The position numbers and the translations under genes are program-made. 64,000 nt of DNA, from NCBI RefSeq assembly GCF_030144855.1, contig NC_082715.1, positions 146,692,001 to 146,756,000 of the forward strand, read 5' to 3'. Below the pieces are notes generated by a model that saw nothing but the letters and a program-made list of their open reading frames with translations, was not told where the DNA came from and searched no databases. Shown here in pieces: positions 1-11,095 of this stretch (the first letter of the stretch is position 1; each line of letters starts with the position of its first letter). This DNA is from Hypanus sabinus (taxonomy: Eukaryota).

Positions 1-535
1 TAAGATAAGGATTATTACATAACATTCAGTCCGAGATAAACTTTCCACGAGTGGGCTCAAGCATAAGTTGCACTAAAAATACATTTTGAGGGTATTCAAC
101 AAATTCCCTCTCTTGTAATCCGACACCAAGCTGATTTTCCCAATCCCTCTGTATATTTAAGTCCCCCCTCTCAATTGTGAGGTTGCTCTTATTACATGCC
201 CTTTCCAGCTCCCATTTCAATCTCATACCCACCTCTTAGCCACTATTTGGCCTATATATAATTCCCATGATGGATTATTTTTACCCTTGCAGCTTCTTAA
301 CTCCACCCACAAAGATTCAACATTCTTTGTCCCTATGGCAGTTCTTCCTAAAGATGTAATTCCATCTTATACCAGCAGAGCCACACCAGCGCCTATGCCT
401 TCCTGCCTGTTGCCTGTCCTTTCGATACAAAGTACATCCTTTGATGTTAAGCTTCTGACTATGGTCTTCTTTCAGCCACGACTTAATGAAGCCCACATCG
501 TCATACCGACCAATCATTAATTGCACATATTGCAA
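1..535 (-). mobile_element. CR1 LINE endonuclease-region fragment
   Basis: Reads IGRYDDVGFIKSWLKEDHSQKLNIKGCTLYRKDR, a CR1 ORF2 APE N-terminus; degraded. Confidence 0.75.
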
Positions 536-859
536 TGGATGTTATTGTATTAAAATGGCAGGGTCGAATTTCGCCAAAAAAAACGATCTTTGGCATTTGG
601 AAAGGTGAGACTAGGATTGCCTGCATCTTATTCATCAACTAGAACATTTTGATTAGAGTTGTTGCTGGCATTCTTCTGTAGAGTTCTTATTACTTTGACG
701 TTACCCTTCCCCCTTCCCTTTTGTTTTCTCTCAACTGCTGAGGAGGGAGTGGGAATTATGGATGGGCCCTGTCCATTTGTATACTTAGAGGGTGAAGGAG
801 GAAATGGGCTTCCTCGGGTGTGCTCAGTTTCACGCTCATCTCCGTAATAATAACGTGGC

Positions 860-2020
860 CTCTGAATGTTCCCTTTGTCCCGGAAGAAGTATCTTGGTCT
901 AAAACTTTATATGTAAGGAAAGGCGTGGAGCCAAAGGGAATGGCCTATACTTGTGTCTAGCAATCTGGTTTGTGAGTGAATGCCTCTTCCTGAGGCAGGT
1001 GGTCTCCAGGGAACATGTTGCTGTTCCATGCTGAGATGTTGGTGTACCAGAACATTGTGAATGCGATTGATATGAGGAATGAGGTTGGTTTGATAACTTT
1101 GTCATTGACCCTAAGCTCCTAAATCCCCTTTACAGGGGAATGGGGAGATCTCTGTGCCGGTTCCTCGTTGCCCTATTATAGGTATGACCAACATTCCTGC
1201 TACCACTCCGTGGGTGCATAGGATCTCTTCAACAGCCTGAAATCGTTTATGTATTGGGTGCTGAGTAAGAGCGACTCCTCAGAGGTGAGCAGGCTTTCAC
1301 TGGGATTATAAAAAGAACTAGATCCCAGTTTGCCCTTGCTATGTCTTCTCTGGACTTATAGGTAGTCATTGAGCCCTGCGTTTGACTATTTTACTCAATG
1401 CAGTACAAAGTCTTCTGCGTACATTGGCACATTGTACAATAATCTAATATGGATTTCCACACTCGTATGGAGGTGTTGCCAGGCTATGAAGCATACTATG
1501 AATAAGAATTGCTGAATATGCAGGGAAGTATGTCTGATTCAGAAGGCCTTTAAACTCTGGCATTCCGTCGGCATCAGCAGGAGGCGATTCACATATATGC
1601 CTGCAAACTCTGAGTAGCCAAAGGTCCAACGATTCGATAAGAAGTTTATATTGGGCAAATTGCAGCGGCTCCCTATACAGGAACCTGTTTCTGCATGCTT
1701 CATTTAAATCTTTTTAGAAATTCTAGTGCGTGGTCCCTAGCATATGTTCTCCAGGCTTCATTAGCACCTCTAGGCCTTACTTGTGTGGGTGCTATCTCAT
1801 GTGTGCTTGGAAGGCACATGCAATATCCCCATGCATCGTGTTTAAGGTAAGGGTCACCAGGTTCTATCACATAAGCATGAGGTCCCAACCTGTGTGCTCA
1901 GTTTCTACCTTTAAAAAGGAGTCAATTTTTTGTCTTCAGGTAAAATTGTTGCCATATTGTGGAGTTCTGACGCAAATTCTGGTGGTCTGCACACCCTACA
2001 GTGGGGTTTCATCAGTCTAA
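860..2020 (-). mobile_element. Possible highly degraded LTR-retroelement/ERV pol remnant
   Basis: Only one motif, QQHVPWRPPASG...WLHAFP (about 1029-925), resembling the retroviral integrase H..YRPQSSG...W..LP pattern. Many stops. Confidence 0.25.
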
Positions 2021-2024
2021 TGCA

Positions 2025-2745
2025 TCCTGCTCTCTGTTCTGCCCCCTCCTCATTACAATCTCTAGCATCGACGATCACCCCATCTTCATGTCACCTTAAC
2101 AGTGACTGAGTTCCTCCTGTTCTTACCTATCTCTCCAAGAGCTTCCACATCCAATACATCATGCTCTGCAATTCTGCCATCTCCAAAGAGATCCCACAAA
2201 CAAACATATATTTCCCTACCCCTCCACCGCCCTCCGTTTTCCGCATAGGACTCTTCCTCCAGTTCCCTTGTTCTTTCATCTCTCCTGACACTTATCCCTG
2301 CACGCAGCCCAAGTGCTACACCTGCCCATTCACCTCCTCCCTTACCGCCATTCAAGGCCTAAAGAGTCCTCCCAAGTGAGGCAACATTTCACCTGCGAAT
2401 CTTCTGTTGTATCTATTGTATCTGTTGTACCGAATATGGCCTCCACATTTGTGAGTCCCGTCGTAAATTGGTGGAACCACTTCGTCGAACACCGCCGTTC
2501 CGTCCACCAAAAGTGAAACTTCCCTGTGGCCAAGCTTTTTAATTCCGGCTCTCGTTCCCATTTTGACATCTCGGTCTATGTTCTGCTCTTGTGCCAAGAT
2601 GAGGCCAATCTCAGGGTGGAGGAGGATCGCCTTCCATTCACTATGTGTAGCCTCCAACCTGATGGTGTGAATATCGATTTCATCTTCCAGTAAAAAAAAA
2701 TGCCTCCCGCTCCTATTGCCCACGGTGCCTCTTACCTCTTCTCAC
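2025..2745 (+). mobile_element. Penelope-like element, GIY-YIG fragment
   Basis: SQVRQHFTCESSVV...WNHFVEHRRSVHQK and ...SLQPDGVNIDF, homologous to the copies at 35.5 and 45 kb; frameshifted. Confidence 0.8.
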
Positions 2746-2829
2746 CACAGGCAGGACAGGTTATTCATGTACGAAATGCAAACAAGATCTGTAAACTGCA
2801 AGGTGCTACTGATTACTGTTTCAGTTCCA

Positions 2830-4840
2830 TTGGGTGACAAAGAAACTGGTGTTAGCTGTGAGCCTTAATACCACGGAAGAGTAGTCCACAAATAATGTGT
2901 TGGGAATTAGGTATGGTAAGTTCGTTCTCTCTTTTTTTCTTATTTAATTCTTGATAGAATATGGGGCACGTCTACAGAGCTAGTATTCTGTTCTGGGTGT
3001 CAGATGTGGGATTTCCGGGAGGCCACATCTGCACCATGTGCGTCGAGATGCAGCTCCTCAGAGACCGTGTTAAGGAACTGGAGCTGCAGCTCGAAAATTT
3101 TTGGCTTGTTAGGGAACATGAAGAGATGATAGACATGAACTACTGGAGGTAGTCACCCGAAGGCTACAAGTTACCAGTAAATGGGTGACTGTCAGGAGAG
3201 GGAAGGGAGAACATCAGATAGTGGAGATTACCCCTGTCGCCGTCCCTTTCAACAATAAGTACTCCATTTTAAGTACTGTTGGGAGGGATGACCTGCCTAA
3301 ATGAAGCAACAGCGACCGTGCCTCCAGCACAGAGACTAGCCCTGTGGCTCAGAAAGGCAGGAAACTGAAAAGGATGGCAACAGTAATAGTGGACTCTATA
3401 GTTAGGGGGACAGATAGACAATTCTATGCCTGTGAAAAAGAAACACGGATAGTGGTTTGCGTCCCAGTTGCCAGGGTCCAAAATGTTTTTGAACGCTTCA
3501 ATAATATCCTGAGAAAGGGGGTGAACAGCCAGAAGTCGTGGTACATATTGGCACCAACGACAAAGATAGAAAAAGGGAGGAGGTCTTGAAATCAGAATAA
3601 AGGGAGTTGGGAAGAAAGTTAAGAAGCAGTGCCTCAAGGGTAGTAATTTCAGGATTGCTGGCTGTGTCACGCGACAGTGAAGGTAGGGATAGAATAAAGT
3701 GCCAAATAAATGTATGGCTGAAGAATTAGCGCAGGAGACAAGGATTCAGATTTCTGGATAATCGGGACCTCTTCTGGGACAGGTGTGACCTGTCCAAATG
3801 GTACCTCGCTGTTTTAATCTGTGGTTACCACCTGCTTTAATAAGACCACTGCTATCATCCAAGTACCTAAGTAAAACAAAATAAAGTACCAAAACAATTG
3901 CTACCCACTAGGTCAGCCACCTGGGAGTGGTTTAAACTAATATGGCAGGGACATGGAGACAAGTATGATAGAGCTGAAGATAAACCAGCAGCAGATTTAT
4001 AAGTAGATGACGGGTGTAATATGAATGTAAGGAAGGACAAGCCAATGATTGGGTATAAACGCAGACAATGAACACAGTAGTAACACAGACGGAAAATTCA
4101 AAAGGGCAAAGAATGCAGTATTTAAATGTGTGTACTATTCAGAATAAGGTGGTTAAATTTGTGGCACAATTAGAGATTGGTCGGTATCACGTTGTGGGCT
4201 TCACTGAGTCGTGGCTGAAAGAAGGACATAGTTGGGAGTTTAACATCAAAGGATATACCTGGCAATGAAAGAACAAGACGGAAGGCAAGGGTTGTGGTGT
4301 AGCTCTGTTGGAACTGCATCTTTAGGAAGAGGTGACATCGGGTCAGAGAATGTTGAATGTTGAATCATTTCGGTAAAGGTGCAGGCTATTATCTAAATGG
4401 GGAGAAAATTTAAATATCAGAGGAGCAAAGGGACTTAGAGGTCCTCGCGCAAGACTCCCAGAGGTTAATTTACAGGTTGAGTCTGTTGTAAAGAAGGCAA
4501 ATGCAATGTTTACATTTATTACAAGGGGAATAGAATAGAAAAGCAAGGAGATAATGCTGAGCCTTTATAAGACACTAGTCGCGCAGCACGTGCAGTATTG
4601 TCAACAGTTTTGGGTCCCATATCTCAAAAAGGATGTGCTGTCATTGGAGAGAGTCCGGAGGAGGTTCACGAAGATCACTCCGGGAAACGTGGGTTTACTT
4701 AAAGGGAAAGTTCATAGTTTTCTGATTCGTCAGGATATCGAAGGGTATGGCTAGAAGGTAGGTGTATGGGGTTGAGTGAGATCCGGGATCAGCCATGATG
4801 GAATGGCGGGGCGGACGCTATAGACTGAATGGCCTAATTC
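2830..4840 (+). mobile_element. Degraded CR1 LINE (ORF1 Zn-finger/SGNH esterase, EN start, RT 3' end)
   Basis: CTMCVEMQLLRDRVKELELQL; VIVDSIVRGTDRQF...VVVHIGTN-like; YLNVCTIQNKV...GFTESWLKEG; LYKTLV...VQYCQQFWVPYLKKDVLSLERVRRRFT. Confidence 0.85.
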
Positions 4841-5624
4841 TGATCCTCCGTCTTATGGAATACTCAGAGGGTCAGGCGGCATATGATTCCGTTCTTGATT
4901 GCTTTTTTTAGCTCATGTCGAAGATTATTGATTTTTGCATGCACATCTAGTGAAATGCAGCCCCTAGAACGGATCTCCAAGCTTGGAAACCATTAAAGTT
5001 ACATGGCTCTGCATCACTCTATTCCGCCGTCCTACCTATCTTACTACGTCACGCTTGGTGAGGTGTAACGTTGCCCCGAGCATGTTTCATGTTTCAAAGC
5101 ATCGCTGAGTCACTTTTTACTTTTAACAAAATATGTGTCTTGAACAAAATAGCTCTACAAAACAAATATACTTCCTTCTGCTTGAAATTATTTTTCGTAA
5201 AAGTTGCCTTCTGTTTAAATTTATTTTCCTAAAAGTTGCTTTCTTCTGCTTCAAAAAACCCTCTGGAACCCTTTCAGCATTAACCCCATACACCCCCCCC
5301 CCCCCCAAATATGAGAGATACTCATACTACCATATTACCATATTCCAACATGGTAACGGAATCAATACTGTAGTAAATACTAGTAAATACCTCCAGGAAA
5401 TATTCCCAGTAAATTAATAGCAATAGAACGACCAGGAAGTACTTGGGCTTCAAACTCAACATAATAAACCTCCAATTCACACTCCACTGGGACTTGGAAA
5501 TGTATCGTTTTTTCTTCGTTGTCGCTGGGATTCGATTATGGAATTCCTGACAGAACAAAATACATGTAGGGAAAAAGTCGTAATGATAAGTGAGATATTT
5601 ACCACTACCTGTTCTTCACCGTGA

Positions 5625-5750
5625 AGAAACAGGAGAATACAGATGCTGGAATCTGGAGCAAAAACAAAATTCTGCTGGAGGAACTCAATGTATCAGGCCG
5701 CATCTCTGTAGGAAACGGAACAATCGTCAAATAGAGATCCTTCATCAGAA
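5625..5750 (-). repeat. Penelope 3' tail (pLTR)-derived short repeat
   Basis: cagatgctggaatctggagcaaaaacaaa..tgctggaggaactca..ccttcatcag family motif. Confidence 0.65.
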
Positions 5751-6884
5751 TTCGGCCAGTGTGTAGTTCAGGATTCAGACAATGAATATGAAATATGAAA
5801 TATAACGTGCCCTTGACAATCATTGGCATTACCAGACACCCATGAGTTTTCCAGCATTTCAAAGGCAACATTCTGAATGCGGTCGAATATTCGCCACTAT
5901 GAAGCTGCGGCAAATGCATTAGTTCATGCAACTCCCATCAAGTTCCAACATGGTAACGGAATCAATACTGTAATAAATACTAGTAAATACCTCCAGAAAA
6001 TATTCCCAGTAAATTAATAGCAATAGAACGACCAGGAAGTACTTGGGCTTCAAACTCAACATAATAAACCTCTAACTCCCATCAAGCTAAACATTCATTC
6101 TTCCACCACGGATGTACCGCAACGACAATGCATATCATCCTCAAAATGCAGTGGAATTAATTGGTTAAACTACGCGCCTGGCGCGTACCCGCACCGGCTC
6201 ATGCGAGCTCCGCACTATCCAGGCGGGTAAACATCAATGTTCCCTTTCCAAATCTTACAACATGTTAGCCTGTCATAATACGAACAACCGAAGAATTGCA
6301 TGTTAAGAGGGACAATGAACCCGGTTTATCGCAGGACTGGATAGACAACTTCACTGCGATATATTCTTCCCACAAACGATGAATTTGGTGCAGTGTGCGC
6401 GTTTTATTTCATTTTTCACATTCGATGGAAGTGACCATTGGTGTTACTATGCAACAGTGGTGGGTCCACTGATCTTCCATTTAATTATTAGTATTTTAGG
6501 AATACATTAGTACAGTATTTTAAGATTTAAAAATGCAGGAGCCTGAATTTCGGACAGGTAAACAATAAGGAGTTCAGTACGATAGAACCGTAAAAAGGCC
6601 TGGACATCAAAAATTTATTACGGAAAATATTGATGCGACTTCTCGTTGTAGGAATAATTGAAAATACAACATAAACAAACAGTGCAAAGTGCCCTGGTCA
6701 TGCAGGTGTGCAGGCTGTGAAGGGGGGGGGGGGGTGGGGGCGAAGGGAGGTCGCTGAAAATCCGCTAAAAGGCATCATAGGATTTAGAAATAAAAGTACA
6801 TAACTGGTAACCAGGAACAATAGAGAAAAAGCCGTAGATGTGGGGACGGACCGAACAACGACAGTAAATGCGTGATGGAGTCGT

Positions 6885-7006
6885 GTTCCCAGCCCGAAAC
6901 GTCGACTGTAGTTCTTCCTATAGATGCTGCCTGGCCTGCTGTGTTCCACCAGCATTTTGTGTGTGTTGCTTGAATTTCCAGCATCTGCAGATTTCCTCGT
7001 GTTTGC
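6885..7006 (+). repeat. Penelope 3' tail-derived short repeat
   Basis: gcccgaaacgtcgactgtagttcttcctatagatgctgcctggcctgctg...ccagcatctgcagatttcctcgtgttt. Confidence 0.8.
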
Positions 7007-7679
7007 CTCATTAAACCTTGAATCGCTATTTCGACTCTCCGTCTCCACGAACTGCAACAACAGCTGTCACCCTATGTTTTAATCCCAATATCCAACTCTC
7101 GAAATCTGTCCTTCTTCCCATGTCGTTTCAGACGTTAATCTGAATATTTTTAAATGCCGTTCGGATCTCTGTCTCAACAGATCATTCCAGCGTTCAGCCA
7201 TCTTCTGAGTGAAAAAAAAACTTTGTGCCAAATTCCGTCAAAGTTTCATACCCCCTAGCTTCAGGCTATCCCTTGTGGTCACATTCACAAGTGCTGAGGA
7301 GGGGATGTAACTTTCAATACCCTTTATAAAGCGTGTCTTAACAATTGGGTCGACCATGGAATGCCATCTAAGAAAACAGACAGATCCAAGTGTAGAAACG
7401 ACAGAGGTTTTCCTCTTCTGTCTATCACTGGGCAAGTCGCTGCCATCATCCACAAACAACCTCCTCGCAGCGATCGAAAAACTGCAATCCACATCACTAT
7501 GTGAGTTACAAAGAACTGACTTGACCATCACCATGATGTTCTCTGCTCAATGAATGATTTGCTGAATAATGGTGGAAATTAATTTGCTGATTAGAAAATG
7601 TGGATGATGTCCCAAATACAGACATTGCCTCCAAACTGCACGATGTGACTGGTTTTCGCTCTGCTATTTAAGAAGCGTG

Positions 7680-8747
7680 GGAGGTCGCATAAGGAAACTG
7701 TAGAGCTGTTAACCTGACATCAGTGGTTGGGAAGTTGTTGGAATCGATTGTTAAGGATGAGATTACAGAGTACCTGGAGGCACAGGACAAGAGAGGACAA
7801 AGCCTAGGAAAATTCTGCCTGACAAACCTACTGCAATTCTTTGAGGAAATTACAAGCAGGGTAGACAAAGGAGATGCAGTAGATGTGGTGCACTTGGACT
7901 TTCAGAAGGCCTTTGACAAGATGCTGCACATGAGGCCACTTAGCACGATAAGAGCCCATAGAATTGCAGGGAAGTTACCAGCGTGGGTGGAGTATTGGCT
8001 GGTCGGCAGAAACAGAGAATGGGAAGAAAGGGATCCTTTTCTGGCTGGTTGCCGGTTACCAGTGCAGTAGCACAGGGGTCAGTGTGAGGACCGTTACTTT
8101 TTTGCAATGTATGTCAATGATGTGGTCAATGGTATTAATTGATTTGTGGCTAAATTTGCCGATGATACAAAAATAAGTGGAGAAGCGGGTAGTGTTGAGG
8201 AAACAGAGAGCTTACAGAGAGTCTTAGATAGTTTAGGGGAATGGGCAAAGAAGTGACAAATGGAATACAATGTTGGAAAGTGTATGTCCATGCAATTTGG
8301 TGGAAGAAATAAACGGGCAGACTATTATTTAGATGGGGATAGAATTCAAAATGCAGAGATGCAAAGGGACTTGGGAGACCTTGTGCAAGATTCCCTAAAG
8401 GTTAACCTCCAGTATGAGTCGGTTGTGAAGAAGACGCATGCAATGTTGGCATTCATTTCTAGAGGTATAGAATATAAGAGCAGGGATGTGATGTTGAGGC
8501 TCTATAAGGCCGCTCGTGAGACCACACTTGGAGTATTGTGAGCAGTTTTGGGCTCGTTATCTTAGAAAGGATATATTGACATTGGAGAGGGTTCAGAGAA
8601 GATTCAGGAGAATGATTCCAGGAATGAATGGGTTACTTTACGAGGAACGTCTGGCAGCTCTTGGGCTGTATTCCCTGGAGTTCAGGTGAACGAGCGAGAT
8701 TCTCATAGAAACATTCGGAATGTTAAAAAGCCTGAACATATTAGATA
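7680..8747 (+). mobile_element. CR1 LINE RT fragment, truncated at the LTR
   Basis: VGKLLESIVKDEITEYLE...CLTNLLQFFEEITSRVDKGDAVDVVHLDFQKAFDK; FADDTK; ends at ttagata directly before TGTCA. Confidence 0.9.
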
Positions 8748-10153
8748 TGTCATACGAGGGGCGTTGAGAGCGGACCCAAAAGCAAGACACAGGCACTGAA
8801 CTACCAGGAACAGGACTTGGCGTGAGAAGGAAGCAGGGGAAGTGAGGAGGAAGGGACGCTGGACACGGCACAGCCCAGGACGAGACAAGGATTCCGGGCC
8901 TGGGCTAGGACTTGACTAGGACAACGGAACCAGGACATTGAATTGGGAACTAGGAGCCTGGGCTTGGACTCCGAGCCAGAGACTGGACAAGGACCCAGAA
9001 CCTAGGCCTTGACTCGAGCTCGGACTCCAGAACCAGGCGAGGACAAGACGTGGCTACAGGACGAGGAGAGGCACAGGATTGGATGTCAGACTCCTGGACA
9101 GGACAAGGGAACCGCAGCACAGGACGAGGGAACCCCAGCACCGGGCTGGGCAAGGTTCTCCTGGGCTGGGCGAGCCACAAGGACAAGACGAGAACACAAA
9201 GCCGTGGCTTGATAAGGTGCTAGGACGTGGCTAGGACTGGACTAGACCTCGAAGCCTTGACTTGGTCGAGGGAGAGACAGGAGCGCAGAGCCTTGGTCGA
9301 AGGAGATACAGGAACGTACAACACAGAGCCTTAGACCCCTCCTTAGGTACAGGACGTAGGGCCGGGACTCATTACACAGAACACAGAATCAGGACCCCTC
9401 CTAGGGAACAGGACGTAGGGCCGGAACTCATACACGGAACACAGAAAGCTGGACATGAGGAGACAGTTCCCAACGCTAGGTAGCAGCAAACGGCCGGACC
9501 TACTTAGCCAAGGCGTGGACACAAAGAGAGTTCTAAACAAGGCGAGGCTCCAAATACAGGTTGCAGGACAAGGCTCCAGTCGAGGGTAGCCGGCAGGGTT
9601 TCCGGCCAGGCTTCAGAGAGACGGAAGGATATAGTCCAGCTTCAAGTTAACGGCACTGACTTATCCAACAGAGGCAAGAACCGGGAGGGACAGATCCCAC
9701 CGTAAGGCCACAGCAAGGACGGCCTGACTTACCCCACGGAGGCAAGGACAGGATACCGACGGGACGGGCCAGCACTTACACTGAACGCAGGGCCACTTAA
9801 ATTCCCGGCATCAAGACGAGAATCAGGTACCTATGATTAAGCCCAAATGAGACAAGGGGCAGCTGGAAGACCCGGAGTCTGGAGTCTACGGACCGGACCG
9901 AGAGCCGGAATGCAGACTTCATGGACTGGACCATGACAGTACCCGCCCATCCTCTATGGGACCCTCCGGGCGACTTAACAGACTTTGCAGGACTAAGGAA
10001 CTAGGACATGGGAACTAGGAGACTAGGCTTGGTCTCCGAGCCAGAGACTGGACAAGGACCTTGAACCTGCGTCTTCACTCTGGCTCAGAGTCCAGACCCA
10101 AGCCTGGAAGAACCCTAGCCCCGTCCTGTCCTCATCCTGGGCCGACTTCGTGA
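8748..10153 (-). mobile_element. Gypsy-like LTR (8748-9938) with polypurine tract and short internal remnant
   Basis: Inverted termini TGTCA (8748) ... TGACA (9938). On the minus strand gggcgggtac precedes TGTCATG, a PPT-3'LTR junction. Internal ~60-bp tandem repeats at 9330-9450. Confidence 0.7.
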
Positions 10154-11095
10154 CCCCTACTGTTCGTGATTTTTATAAATGATCTGGATGAGGAAGTGGA
10201 GTGATGGGTTAGTAAATTTGCTGATGACACAAAGGTTAGGAGAGTTGTGGATAGTGTGGGGGACTGTCAGAGTTACACGGGACATTGATAGGATACAAAA
10301 CTAGGCTGAGAAGTGGAAAATGGAGTTCAACCCAGATAAGTGTGAGGTGATTCATTTTGGTAGGTCAAATATGATGGCAGGATATAGCATTAATGGTAAG
10401 AATCTTGAGAGAGTGGAGGATCAGAAGGATCTTGGGGTCCGAGTCGATAGGACACTCAAAGCTGCTGCGCAGGTTGACTCTGTGGTTAAGAAGGCATACG
10501 GTGCATTGGCCTTCATCAGTTATTGGACTGAGTTTAAGAGCCGAGAGGTAAAGTTGCAGAGCCCACTTGGAGTACTGTGCTCAGTTCTGGTCGCCTTACT
10601 ACAGGAAAGACGTGGAAACCACAGAAAGGGTGCAGAGGAGATTTATAAGGATGTTTCCTAGATTGGGGAGTATGCCTCATGAGAATAGTTTGAGTGAACT
10701 CGGACTTTTCTCCTTGGAGCGACGGAGGATGAGAGGTGACCTAACAGAGGTGTACAAGATGATGACGGGCATTGATTGTGTGGATAGTCAGAGGGTATTT
10801 CCCAGGGCTGAAATGGCTAGCACGAGGGGGCATAGTTTTAAGCTGCTTGGAAGTAGGTACAGAGCAGATGTCAGGGCTAAGTCTTTTACACAGAAAGTGG
10901 TGAGTCTGTGAAATGGCGGTGATGGTGGAGGCGGAACTGATAAGGTCTTTTAAGAGACTCCTGGATAGCTACACGGAGCTTAGAAAAATAGAGAGCTATG
11001 TTTTTCCCTAGATAATTTCCCAGGTAAGGACATGTTCAGCACAGCTTTGTGGGCCGAAGGACCTGTATTGTGCTGTAAGTTTTCTATGTTTCTAT
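10154..11095 (+). mobile_element. CR1 LINE 3' fragment (paralog 22240-23150 + 23795-23870)
   Basis: MEFNPDKCEVIHFGRSN...; HLEYCAQFWSPYYRKD...; ends in a ttctatgtttctatg tail. Confidence 0.9.

Noticed and set aside
7238-7553. Overlapping 98-aa and 65-aa ORFs in non-repeat-looking DNA
   Set aside because: No recognisable motif or convincing splice context; ORFs this short arise by chance.
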